A DNA stretch of 36,564 nucleotides from a virus (taxonomy: Duplodnaviria; Caudoviricetes). The stretch lies in IMG/VR virus record IMGVR_UViG_3300045526_000031, positions 1-36,564 of that record; one strand, written 5' to 3'. Numbering within the stretch: position 1 is the stretch's first letter; each line of letters opens with the position of its first letter. Positions 1-8,910 of this stretch are shown one piece after another. The position numbers and the translations under genes are program-made. The notes below the pieces were generated by a model. The model searched no databases, had not been told where the DNA came from, and worked only from the letters and a program-made list of their open reading frames with translations.

Positions 1-2
1 AC

Positions 3-1442
3 GTGAACTACCTCGGTGACTACATCCCACTGAAGAGCAGGGGCATCCTTGAGGATACCTGCAAGAAGTTCAACGTCCGCTTCAACGGGGACACCCGTAA
101 CCTTCAGTTCCCCTACTACGACAAAACAGGCCGTCTGGTGGCCTACAAACAGCGTTCTGCCGACAAGGACTTCTCCTGGGTGGGCAAGAATGAAGAGCAC
201 ACCCTGTTCGGCCAACAGCTGTTCGGTGGTGGCAAGTCGGTGGTGGTGACTGAGGGTGAGATGGACGCCCTGTCCGTGTGGCAGGCCCGAGCGAACTGGC
301 CGGTGGTATCCGTCCCGAACGGCGCCCAGGCAGCCAAGAAGGCCCTCCAGCATCAGCTTAAGTGGCTGCTTGGGTTCGATGAGGTCGTCTTGTTCTTCGA
401 CAATGACGAGGCCGGCATTGCTGCTGCTGAAGAGTGTGCCAGTCTGTTCCCCCACGAGAAGGTCTTCCTTGCTCGGATGTCTGGGGACTACAAGGACGCC
501 AACGATGCCATCATGGCACGTGATCCAGAGGCCATCCGCCAGGCGATCTGGAACAAGTCCCACTACCAACCCAAGACCATTGTCGATGGCCGCGGCCTGT
601 TCGATCTGGTCACCAAACCCCTCCATGGCAAGGATGCCGAGTGGCCGTTCACCGAACTGAACCGTGTCACCGGGGGCCTACGCCTGGGGGAACTGGTGAC
701 GGTGACTGCGGGCAGCGGTGTGGGTAAGAGCACCTTCTGTGGTGAGGTTGCCCAGCACCTAGTTGACCAGCAGCAGGCGATCGGCTATATTGCTCTTGAG
801 GAGTCCATCCAACGGACTGCTCTGCGCCTGATGACCGTCAAGGCCAACAAGCCCCTTCACCTGAACAACCAACACGACGATGCTGTTCTTCGATCTGCTT
901 TTGATCTTTCTGTGGGTTCTGGTCGCGTGTATCTTCGGGAAGGATTCGGAAGCGTAGATCCTGAGGCTATCCTCAGCGACATCCGATTCCTGACCATGGC
1001 TCATGGTGTGAAGTGGATCATCCTCGATCACCTCTCCATCCTGATGTCAGGTCTCGACACTGGAGACGAGCGCAAGACGATCGACGTAACGATGACCAAG
1101 CTCCGCTCCTTTGTGGAGGAGACTGGCATCGGAATGCTACTGATCAGCCACCTACGCCGCCCTCAGGGCGACAAGGGGCACGAGGATGGAGGCCAGGTCA
1201 GCCTGGGGCAACTCAGGGGCAGCCACTCCATTGTCCAACTGAGCGATCTTGTGGTAGCATTGGAACGTAACCTCTCATCAGGAGATGACTTCAGCAACCT
1301 ACGGGTCCTCAAAAACCGCTTCAACGGCCAGACCGGCCCTGCGGGAACCGTCCACTACAATACCGAGACGGGTAGAATGCAGGAGTCGTTCGACTTCAGT
1401 CCGACAACTTCCACCGATGACAACACCACTGACTACTTCTGA
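3..1442 (+). CDS. gp4: T7 gp4-like DNA primase-helicase (probably 5'-truncated by the window)
   Basis: TOPRIM motifs TEGEMD and FDNDEAG; DnaB-like Walker A AGSGVGKS, ILDHL, SHLRR, LRGS, KNRFNG. The N-terminal zinc-binding domain is absent, so the true start is likely upstream. Confidence 0.96.
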   Translation: MNYLGDYIPLKSRGILEDTCKKFNVRFNGDTRNLQFPYYDKTGRLVAYKQRSADKDFSWVGKNEEHTLFGQQLFGGGKSVVVTEGEMDALSVWQARANWPVVSVPNGAQAAKKALQHQLKWLLGFDEVVLFFDNDEAGIAAAEECASLFPHEKVFLARMSGDYKDANDAIMARDPEAIRQAIWNKSHYQPKTIVDGRGLFDLVTKPLHGKDAEWPFTELNRVTGGLRLGELVTVTAGSGVGKSTFCGEVAQHLVDQQQAIGYIALEESIQRTALRLMTVKANKPLHLNNQHDDAVLRSAFDLSVGSGRVYLREGFGSVDPEAILSDIRFLTMAHGVKWIILDHLSILMSGLDTGDERKTIDVTMTKLRSFVEETGIGMLLISHLRRPQGDKGHEDGGQVSLGQLRGSHSIVQLSDLVVALERNLSSGDDFSNLRVLKNRFNGQTGPAGTVHYNTETGRMQESFDFSPTTSTDDNTTDYF

Positions 1443-1776
1443 GCAACAAGAGCGCCTGATCCAACAGGTGATCCGTTACTTCGACTGGGAAAAGGTCGAG
1501 AAGGTAATGGACGTGCTGGATTGGAAGTGGGTAATGCCTAACCGCGCCGGGCTTCACCGGCCCACTAGATTCCAGATGCAACAGGCTGCCTATCGCTACC
1601 TCCAACGTGCCATCGAGTTTGGTGGTGCCGGCTCGGGTGGGTTCAAAGCAACCTATACCGTTGATGAAGGCGGTTATGAGTGCTTTGGGCTTGTCTTCGA
1701 GGCTACTGGATGGGAGGTAGATACTGATGGGCTGGAAGATCACGAAGCTAGAGACCCGAATGAGATTCGTTTTTGA
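1417..1776 (+). CDS. Hypothetical protein, 119 aa
   Basis: Natural-looking protein from ATG 1417 (MTTPLTTSEQQERLIQQ...) filling the helicase-polymerase gap with short overlaps on both sides. Confidence 0.7.
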   Translation: MTTPLTTSEQQERLIQQVIRYFDWEKVEKVMDVLDWKWVMPNRAGLHRPTRFQMQQAAYRYLQRAIEFGGAGSGGFKATYTVDEGGYECFGLVFEATGWEVDTDGLEDHEARDPNEIRF

Positions 1777-3538
1777 CCTGGAGACCAACGGCCTTCCTCG
1801 CCAGGGGCTGAGCCACATCCACTGTCTGGTCATGAAAGACCTGGACACGGGTGAGGTTCTCCGCTTCAACGATGAGGGCCACGGTCGTCCCATCACAGAG
1901 GGTGTCAACTACCTGAATGAGGCTAAGCTGATCGCAGGCCACAACATTGTGGGCTTCGACATCCCAGTGCTCAAGGAGTTCTATGGCTTCTTCGAGCCTG
2001 AGGGTGAGGTAGTTGACAGCCTGATCCTGTCTCGTCTGTTCTTCCCTGACATCCTGGCCCGTGACTTCCGCAAGAAGCCTACCGCCATGCCAGGTAACCT
2101 CTATGGCCGTCACAGCCTGGAGGCCTGGGGGTATCGGGTCTGCGACTACAAGTCTGACTTCGGTAAGACTACCGATTGGCAGGCGTGGTCCCAGGAGATG
2201 GAGGACTACTGCGAGCAGGATGTACACGTAGCTGCCACCCTATTCGAGAAGTTCAATGATCTTCGTGCCAAGTATCCTAAGCCGATCGAGCTGGAGCACG
2301 CTTGTGCCCGTATCATGGCTATCCAAGAGCAGTATGGCTGGCCGTTTGATGTCTCTGCTGCTGAACGTCTTGAGGGTGAACTTCGATCGGAGTCGGAGAA
2401 GTTAGCGGATACCATGCGTGCCACCTTCCCATACGTGGATGGAGGCGCAATGGTCCCAAAGCGTCCAAACAAGACCAAGGGCTACATTGCTGGGGCTGAG
2501 TTCACCAAGCTAAAGGAGTTCAATCCAACCAGCCGTGATCACATTGCCTGGGCATTCAAGACTTGGCGCGGGTGGAAGCCTGATGACTTCACCGATAGTG
2601 GCAAGGCCAAGATCGATGAGGCCGTTCTGTTGGCCATGGATACCGAGGAAAGCCGAACCTTTGCTCGACTCCTGGAACTTCAGAAGGCCCTCGGTCAGCT
2701 GTCTGAGGGCAACAACGCCTGGCTCAAGCAGGTGACCCCTCAGGGCCGCATACACCACGCCTGTATGCTGGCCACCAACACGGGCCGTAACGCCCACGCC
2801 AGGCCCAACCTTGCCCAGGTGAGCAGCGATCCACGTTGCCGTGCCCTGTTTGGCCCAGGTCCTGGTATGATTCAGGTAGGGGCAGACGCCTCTGGTCTGG
2901 AGCTGCGTATGTTGGGACACTACCTGGCCTACTACGATGGCGGTGCGTTCGCTGACGTAGTGGTGAACGGTGACATCCACCAGCAGAATGCTGATCGTGT
3001 TGGTGTCAGCCGTAAGGCAGTTAAGACCATCACCTACGCCTTCTTGTATGGTGCTGGAGACAAGAAGATTGGTTTATCCGTAGACAAAACCCTGAACGAT
3101 GCGAAGGCGACTAAACTCGGCAAGGACATTCGTGCTAAGTTTGTGGCTGCTATCCCTGGCCTTGATGATCTACTCACAGCCGTCTCCAAGCGAGCCGAGG
3201 GAGATCTTCTCAAGGGACTGGACGGTAGGCCCATCCGACTCCAAGGAAAGAAGCACGCTGCCCTGAATTACCTACTCCAGTCGGCAGGTGCCATCGTCAC
3301 TAAGCAGTGGCTGGTCCTGTGCTATGCTGAGTTGGACAAACACTTCAAGGTGGGTCTAGACTACGGTCCATTGGCTTACGTGCATGACGAGCTTGCCATT
3401 GCTTCAAAGCCTGACATCGTTGAGCGGGTTAAGTTCATTATGGAATCATCCATTGTGGATGCTGGTCATCTCTTCAAACTCAACGTTCCCCTAGCTGCGG
3501 AGGCTAAACATGGCGCTAACTGGTCAGAGTGTCACTAA
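1760..3538 (+). CDS. gp5: DNA polymerase family A (T7 gp5-like) with 3'-5' exonuclease
   Basis: ExoI FDLET, ExoII GHNIVGFD, ExoIII YCEQD; motif A DASGLELR, motif B RKAVKTITYAFLYG, motif C HDEL. Start placed at ATG 1760. Confidence 0.97.
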   Translation: MRFVFDLETNGLPRQGLSHIHCLVMKDLDTGEVLRFNDEGHGRPITEGVNYLNEAKLIAGHNIVGFDIPVLKEFYGFFEPEGEVVDSLILSRLFFPDILARDFRKKPTAMPGNLYGRHSLEAWGYRVCDYKSDFGKTTDWQAWSQEMEDYCEQDVHVAATLFEKFNDLRAKYPKPIELEHACARIMAIQEQYGWPFDVSAAERLEGELRSESEKLADTMRATFPYVDGGAMVPKRPNKTKGYIAGAEFTKLKEFNPTSRDHIAWAFKTWRGWKPDDFTDSGKAKIDEAVLLAMDTEESRTFARLLELQKALGQLSEGNNAWLKQVTPQGRIHHACMLATNTGRNAHARPNLAQVSSDPRCRALFGPGPGMIQVGADASGLELRMLGHYLAYYDGGAFADVVVNGDIHQQNADRVGVSRKAVKTITYAFLYGAGDKKIGLSVDKTLNDAKATKLGKDIRAKFVAAIPGLDDLLTAVSKRAEGDLLKGLDGRPIRLQGKKHAALNYLLQSAGAIVTKQWLVLCYAELDKHFKVGLDYGPLAYVHDELAIASKPDIVERVKFIMESSIVDAGHLFKLNVPLAAEAKHGANWSECH

Positions 3539-3956
3539 AGTATGCACCAAGTGCAAGATCACGAAAGAAGAGTCTGACTTCTTTGCGGACAACACAAGAC
3601 GCTCAGGATCTTCCCGCTTGATGAGCATGTGCAAGGCTTGCAACACTGCGTCATCCAAGTCAAAGCAGACGGCCTTCACCAAGCACTTTGGTTACGCTCA
3701 AGCCACGGCTGCATGGCGGAAGAAAAACCACGGCACAGAATACAGACCACCAGAAGGTCTGCCTTGTGCAATCTGCGAGAAGCCTATGAGCTATCGTCGT
3801 GGTGCTGACTTGATGTGTTTTGATCATGATTCCAAAACCGATACGTTCCGTGGATGGATTTGTCAACAATGCAATACTGGGCTAGGTAAACTGGGTGATG
3901 ACCTTGATCTAGTAATTCAACGGCTTGAACGCTACAGACAACAAACGTCACGCTAA
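3510..3956 (+). CDS. Endonuclease VII-type His-Me nuclease, probable free-standing homing endonuclease
   Basis: N-terminal CxxC...CxxC zinc finger; CAIC...DHD...RGWICQQCNTGLG endoVII signature. Confidence 0.85.
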   Translation: MALTGQSVTKVCTKCKITKEESDFFADNTRRSGSSRLMSMCKACNTASSKSKQTAFTKHFGYAQATAAWRKKNHGTEYRPPEGLPCAICEKPMSYRRGADLMCFDHDSKTDTFRGWICQQCNTGLGKLGDDLDLVIQRLERYRQQTSR

Positions 3957-3960
3957 CATC

Positions 3961-4743
3961 ATGCCAAACAAGAAACCCAGTCCGTTCTACAGCGATTTGG
4001 AGCTACGGGTAGACGCTGATTTTTTTGCTTACCGTACCTGCCAATCCAATGAGGAGGAACTTGACTGGGGTGATGATCTGATCACCATTGCCAGTAACTT
4101 CAAGCAGGTTATCAAACAGTTCAAGTCTGAGATCGAGCTGCTACAACGGCGGTTCGATACCCCATGGGTGACCTTGTACTTTTCTGACACTAAGAACTAT
4201 CGCAAAGAGATCGATCCGGAGTACAAGGGCAAGCGCACCAAGCGTAAGCCTGTGGGCTACCGGAAGCTCCTGGAGTGGTGTGCTCAGAACTATCGCGTGG
4301 TCCGCCTTGCCAACGTGGAGGCCGACGATGCCCTGGGCATTGACTGCCACCTGAGCCCTGAGGAGTTCGTTCTGATCAGTCCCGACAAGGACATGAAGCA
4401 GATCAGCTGCCGCCACTTCAATGGTGAAGAGGAGTTCTATGTGGGGCCTGAGGAGGCCGATCGTTTCTTCTGGACACAGTGCCTGACCGGAGACCCGGTG
4501 GACGGTTACAAAGGTGTACCAGGGGTGGGTGCCGTAGGTGCCAAGAAGATCCTAGAAAAGGTGAAGGACGGCAATTACTGGGGGGCCATCGTGGCCGCCT
4601 ACGAAAAAGCCGGCCAAACCGAGGAGGACGCCCTCCGCAACGCTCGTCTTGCTAGGATCCTCCGGCCAGGCGAATACAACTCAACCGCCAACGCCCCGAT
4701 CCTATGGACCCCCTCGTCTACGGACTCTGGTGTGCCGTCGTAA
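3961..4743 (+). CDS. gp6: 5'-3' exonuclease (T7 gp6-like)
   Basis: VDADF, YRKEIDPEYKGKR, EADD, DKD, GDPVDGYKGVPGVG motifs. Confidence 0.93.
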   Translation: MPNKKPSPFYSDLELRVDADFFAYRTCQSNEEELDWGDDLITIASNFKQVIKQFKSEIELLQRRFDTPWVTLYFSDTKNYRKEIDPEYKGKRTKRKPVGYRKLLEWCAQNYRVVRLANVEADDALGIDCHLSPEEFVLISPDKDMKQISCRHFNGEEEFYVGPEEADRFFWTQCLTGDPVDGYKGVPGVGAVGAKKILEKVKDGNYWGAIVAAYEKAGQTEEDALRNARLARILRPGEYNSTANAPILWTPSSTDSGVPS

Positions 4744-4988
4744 TCATTGCGATCGTCGCCCTGGAGCCCCTCTTCCCCCAAGCTGTCGATCTTGTAGTAC
4801 AATGGTTTTTGAAGGAGGTGGAACGTCGCTACCTCCTGCTGTCCTTCCGCATCCGACTCCACTATGACCGACTCACCCTCAACTCACGCCACCCCCTGGC
4901 TGGACTTCTGCGAGCAGTGGAACTCTGGCGCATACGGCACAACCCTGCCTACCGTGAGTTCTTCGACAACGACCACCCCAAACACTGA
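4704..4988 (+). CDS. Hypothetical membrane-anchored protein, 94 aa
   Basis: Hydrophobic N-terminus (LVYGLWCAVVIIAIVAL); fills the gap between the exonuclease and the DUF3310 gene. Confidence 0.6.
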   Translation: MDPLVYGLWCAVVIIAIVALEPLFPQAVDLVVQWFLKEVERRYLLLSFRIRLHYDRLTLNSRHPLAGLLRAVELWRIRHNPAYREFFDNDHPKH

Positions 4989-4992
4989 AGAC

Positions 4993-5196
4993 GTGTCCAA
5001 GTACAGCCCCTCTCACTATCAGCGTGGTGTCATCGAGGTCTGGGACTTCATTGCTGACCAGAAGCTCGACTACTTCGCTGGCAACGTGGTCAAGTATCTC
5101 TGCCGAGCTGGACACAAACAGTATGAGGACGAGATCGATGATCTTCTCAAGGCCCGTGCATATCTAGACAAGAAGATCAAGGAGGCTGGCAAATGA
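4993..5196 (+). CDS. DUF3310 / T7 gp1.7-like putative nucleotide kinase domain protein
   Basis: PSHY...IEVWDFI...GNVVKYLCRAGHK...DLLKARAYL signature. GTG 4993 chosen as start (frame open from 4864). Confidence 0.8.
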   Translation: MSKYSPSHYQRGVIEVWDFIADQKLDYFAGNVVKYLCRAGHKQYEDEIDDLLKARAYLDKKIKEAGK

Positions 5197-5420
5197 CCCA
5201 CCCCATCACCCCACCGCCAGAGCTGGTGCAGGAATGGTTTGATGAAGCCTCCCGAGATGGGACTGGCTGGCCAAGCAAGGTTGCTATTGCTGCCGCCCAA
5301 TGGGGCGCAGATTTAGAGCTGGAGGAGTGCTGTGAGTGGCTTCATTGGCAGAACCTAGCCACACACCCGGAGCTGATACCTTCGCTCCGCGCTGCCCGCC
5401 GCCCCAAGCCGCCGAACTAG
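5193..5420 (+). CDS. Hypothetical protein, 75 aa
   Basis: ATGA overlap with the upstream stop; protein MTHPITPPPELVQEW...AAQWGAD...LRAARRPKP. Confidence 0.7.
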   Translation: MTHPITPPPELVQEWFDEASRDGTGWPSKVAIAAAQWGADLELEECCEWLHWQNLATHPELIPSLRAARRPKPPN

Positions 5421-5430
5421 AGACAAACTG

Positions 5431-5787
5431 ATGTTGAACGAAACGCTGCTCCAACAAGCCCAGATGTTCCGTGAGTGCATGGGACAGCCAATGGGCGTCA
5501 ACACCATCAGTGTCCTCAAGCTTCAAGAAGACCTCATCCGTGAGGAGTTCCTGGAGTTCATGGACAAAGATAACACCAACGAAGAAAAGCTGAAGGAACT
5601 AGCTGATCTTGTCTTTGTCTGCTATCAGTTTGCCGCTGCTCGTGGTTGGGATCTAGACGTAGCAATGCGCCGCGTCTTTGAATCTAACATGAGCAAATTG
5701 GTCGATGGCAAACCTCTTAGGAGGGGCGATGGTAAGATCCTCAAGGGTCCCCATTATCACCCGCCCGACTTGTCTGATCTCGTCTGA
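5431..5787 (+). CDS. MazG-like / PRA-PH nucleoside triphosphate pyrophosphohydrolase
   Basis: EEFLEF...KELADLVFVCY...VFESNMSK...DGKILKGP motifs. Confidence 0.88.
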   Translation: MLNETLLQQAQMFRECMGQPMGVNTISVLKLQEDLIREEFLEFMDKDNTNEEKLKELADLVFVCYQFAAARGWDLDVAMRRVFESNMSKLVDGKPLRRGDGKILKGPHYHPPDLSDLV

Positions 5788-5816
5788 CTGACCCTCCCTA
5801 GTACCTTTTTGTTCCT

Positions 5817-7208
5817 ATGAAATCTCTAATCGCTCGAACCGGTCGTGTTCAATCGTGGATCGACGAACCCGAATCGCGTCTCCCTGTTTCGTGCACCGTC
5901 TTTGTGGTCGAAGATAACATGGAGGGTCCGGAAGGTATTGAAGCCAGTTGGCGTTTTGTATCTCATGCACTTCGCAACGGCGCTGGTGTTGCTGTACACC
6001 TCAGTAACCTTCGGCCGCGTGGTCACGAAAATGGAAAAGGACTTACGGCGTCTGGTCCCGTCTCCTTCGCCAGGATCTATTCCGCCCTCAACGAAACACT
6101 CCGACGTGGAGGAATCTATAAAAACGGAGCAGTTGTAATCCACCTCGATTACACCCACGCTGATGCGTTGGAGTTTGTAACTGCTCGACGCCAGGATCTG
6201 CCCTGGGTGAAGCGTTGCCTGGATGTGGATGAGAACTTCCTGGAGAATGCAAGCCAGGAGTTGATTGAGGCTACCCTGGACGGTATCCGCAAAGGCGACA
6301 TCTGGCTGAACAAGATCCGCTACGACAAGCATGGCGAGCGCATCTACGGCAACGTGTGCCTTGAGGTCTACCTTAAGAGCCGCGGCACCTGCCTGCTCCA
6401 GCACGTCAACCTGGGTGCCTGCTCGATCAGTGATTTGGGCCCTGCCTTTGTTCAGGGAATGGCTGAGCTGGTTGAGCTTCACGCCAAGACTGGTGTGGGT
6501 GACACGGGTGAGTACCTGAAGCCCCTGGAGGACCGCCAGGTGGGTCTGGGTGTGCTGGGGTTAGCCAACTTCTTAGCCACCTACAACGTCACCTACGCCC
6601 AGTTTGGTGAGGCCCTGGCTACCTATCTGCTGTCTGGCAATACCGAGGGCCCTGCTGGGCTGATCGCACGTGAGCTGGACCTGGCCATCCAGCAGGCTGC
6701 TCAGATCGCCCGCTTCAACAACATGGAGCGTGCCTTCTGCATTGCCCCTACCGCCAGCTGTAGCTACAACCACACGGATAGCCGCGGCTATACGACCTGT
6801 CCGGAGATCGCCCCTCCGATCAGCCGGCACGTAGACCGCGACAGTGGCACCTTCGGGGTTCAGTCCTACGAGTATCCACCCAACGTGGAGATCGCTGCTG
6901 AGGTGGGCTGGACTGACTACAACTACGTGGTTGATGGTATCGTGGCTCTGTTCCAACGTACAGGCCTGTTCCACGGCTACAGCTACAACAGCTGGAGTGA
7001 TGTGGTAACCTACGACAGGGACTTCCTGGCTGGCTGGCTGGGCAGCCCTCAGACCAGCCTGTACTATGCACTTCAGGTGATGCCTGATACCCAAGCCAAG
7101 GATGATGCCCTGGCTGCCCTCGATGAAGACTTCCGTCAGTTCTTCAACTTCGAGGAAGAAGCCCCTGCCTGTGGGCTCGACGGTAACTGTACTTCCTGCG
7201 CCGAATAG
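5817..7208 (+). CDS. nrdA: Ribonucleotide reductase class I alpha subunit (compact cyanophage type, no ATP cone)
   Basis: VSCTV, active-site GNVCLE (NxCxE), TCLL, APTAS, radical-transfer YY pair (SLYY), C-terminal Cys cluster. Confidence 0.93.
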   Translation: MKSLIARTGRVQSWIDEPESRLPVSCTVFVVEDNMEGPEGIEASWRFVSHALRNGAGVAVHLSNLRPRGHENGKGLTASGPVSFARIYSALNETLRRGGIYKNGAVVIHLDYTHADALEFVTARRQDLPWVKRCLDVDENFLENASQELIEATLDGIRKGDIWLNKIRYDKHGERIYGNVCLEVYLKSRGTCLLQHVNLGACSISDLGPAFVQGMAELVELHAKTGVGDTGEYLKPLEDRQVGLGVLGLANFLATYNVTYAQFGEALATYLLSGNTEGPAGLIARELDLAIQQAAQIARFNNMERAFCIAPTASCSYNHTDSRGYTTCPEIAPPISRHVDRDSGTFGVQSYEYPPNVEIAAEVGWTDYNYVVDGIVALFQRTGLFHGYSYNSWSDVVTYDRDFLAGWLGSPQTSLYYALQVMPDTQAKDDALAALDEDFRQFFNFEEEAPACGLDGNCTSCAE

Positions 7209-7211
7209 ACT

Positions 7212-7946
7212 ATGGCCTCCACATTCACAAGCCCTTACGATCAGGTCGTTGCTCGCAAACGTAAGTGGACTCCTGTGGCTGTGCAGGCAGGTGCGATCGT
7301 GGAGGGCTCCGAGGATTCTCTTTCTCGGGCTCTCTGCCTCCGTCACCTTGAACTGCCAGTCCGAGAGTTTCTACAAATGGGTCTAGAACGAGACCTCCCT
7401 AATACTCCAGGTGTGCGTGAGGCTTTGCTCTCAAATCAACTGGATGAAGAGCGTCACGACATGGCCCTGAACTATGTTGTGGAGGCTCACGGCACTGATG
7501 AGAAACACGAAAAGGAGGGCAAGCACATCCTCAAGGCATGGCTTGATGCTCCTGAACATCCAATCCTGAAGGCAGCAATCCTTGAACGATCCGTCTTCTT
7601 CGTTGTCCTTCCTTTCTTCCGCTTCAATGGCGACATCGGAATCCGCACCACAGCAGCAGACATCAGCCGCGACGAACAAACCCACGTCGCAATCCACTCG
7701 ATGGTCTGTTCCGAGCTGGGTCTCAAGTCCACATCAAGCCTCAATGCTCTGCGGCGTGCCACAGTCGCGTGGGTGATGGATGGTCTCTCCACTTCGGAGA
7801 ATCGCTATCTGGACAAAGACTTCTGGCTTGCTCAGTCGGATTCCCTCTATGAGCGTGGCAAGGCCCCCGGCCTGTCCGACACCCAGCGTGCTCGGATGCC
7901 CGCCTTCTTTGAAGCAAGCAACGTAGACCTGCCTCAGTATGGCTGA
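7212..7946 (+). CDS. nrdB: Ribonucleotide reductase class I beta subunit (ferritin-like)
   Basis: Two ExxH metal motifs (DEERH, DEQTH), N-terminal W (KWTP), C-terminal Tyr (PQYG); directly follows the alpha gene. Confidence 0.88.
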   Translation: MASTFTSPYDQVVARKRKWTPVAVQAGAIVEGSEDSLSRALCLRHLELPVREFLQMGLERDLPNTPGVREALLSNQLDEERHDMALNYVVEAHGTDEKHEKEGKHILKAWLDAPEHPILKAAILERSVFFVVLPFFRFNGDIGIRTTAADISRDEQTHVAIHSMVCSELGLKSTSSLNALRRATVAWVMDGLSTSENRYLDKDFWLAQSDSLYERGKAPGLSDTQRARMPAFFEASNVDLPQYG

Positions 7947-8136
7947 AGAACCGCTGGCGATGTCTGAGGTGTTCAGCACCAGACATAATGCCACACTTGA
8001 TAGCATCATAGGAGAACTTGAGATTCGGTACCCCGATGAGTTCCCCGACCACAACCTGCCTCTATCCGAGATTGCTTTCCGCGCAGGTTGCGTTTCGGTC
8101 GTGAGGTATCTCAAATCTCTAAGACCAGATGGCTAG
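7939..8136 (+). CDS. Small hypothetical protein, 65 aa
   Basis: Overlap-coupled to both neighbours; LEIRYPD...IAFRAG..SVVRYL resembles small T7-like proteins found before the virion genes. Confidence 0.7.
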   Translation: MAEEPLAMSEVFSTRHNATLDSIIGELEIRYPDEFPDHNLPLSEIAFRAGCVSVVRYLKSLRPDG

Positions 8137-8707
8137 TTCACTCAGCATCAACAAAAAGAAAACCGAGCCAATCACACCGAAAAACTACGGGGCAGTCAAT
8201 GCCTTTGGGGACTACGGGGGTTATGTCCTAAACAGGAACGGCAAATACTACGCAACGAAGGCCAGGCCGGGTACCATATTTGCGCGAGCAAAAGGCCAAC
8301 TAACTACTAGCACTTCACCGTTCTCGGACTTTGAGAAGAACTGGTACATCGAGAGGGGCTTTGGTGACCCCACCCGTCTCGTTGGTACCGCCACAGCCGA
8401 CCCCAAATCTCCGCTGTCTCGTGTAACCCGCAGCGGGTTTGGGGGGGCCCTTATCGGGGGCATGTTCGGCAGTGTAAACAAATACACTTATGCCGGTGTC
8501 AGTCCAGAAGCCCGCCAGCTATTCCTGCTGGCCACAGGTGGTGCGCCGCCTCCGGGACCCACGAACCCTTCTGGTGTGAACCTCGGAGATGTCACGACCC
8601 CGACTGGCAGCGGTAATGTCTCCCTTCTGCCAACACCGGCACCTGTGCCAATTCTCCAAGACCCCAATGAAGGGCGATCCGGACTTCGTATTCGGAGGGC
8701 TGCTTAA
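8129..8707 (+). CDS. Hypothetical Gly/Pro/Thr-rich protein, 192 aa
   Basis: Coupled to flanking ORFs (TAATG overlap at 8705-8709); ends GRSGLRIRRAA. Confidence 0.65.
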   Translation: MASSLSINKKKTEPITPKNYGAVNAFGDYGGYVLNRNGKYYATKARPGTIFARAKGQLTTSTSPFSDFEKNWYIERGFGDPTRLVGTATADPKSPLSRVTRSGFGGALIGGMFGSVNKYTYAGVSPEARQLFLLATGGAPPPGPTNPSGVNLGDVTTPTGSGNVSLLPTPAPVPILQDPNEGRSGLRIRRAA

Positions 8708-8910
8708 TGTGTTCGTCTCCGAAACCAAAGGCACCCAAGATGCCCGAGATTCCACCGCTTCCTCCACCGCCTCCACCGCCGCCGGTTCCGGTGCTTGCGG
8801 AAGGTAGGCCCAGGGCTGATGTAATCCGCCGTACGGCCATTCAGAAGCAGGCCAAGCGTTGGGCATCTAGGGGTCCTTCCTCCTTGCGTATTCCTCTGCC
8901 TAAAGCATAA
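8707..8910 (+). CDS. Small Pro-rich virion protein (T7 gp6.7/7.3-like position)
   Basis: MCSSPKPKAPKM start resembles T7 gp6.7; poly-Pro run; directly upstream of the portal with TAATG coupling. Confidence 0.7.
   Translation: MCSSPKPKAPKMPEIPPLPPPPPPPPVPVLAEGRPRADVIRRTAIQKQAKRWASRGPSSLRIPLPKA

Noticed and set aside
1285-1416. Upstream extensions given in the ORF track (1285, 1727, 3925, 4864, 10492, 12765, 16389, 29710, 29813)
   Set aside because: They overlap upstream genes or a terminator; downstream starts fit homologous N-termini and translational coupling better.
5817-7208. Class II (B12-dependent) RNR
   Set aside because: The YY radical-transfer pair and the adjacent ferritin-like beta gene indicate class I.
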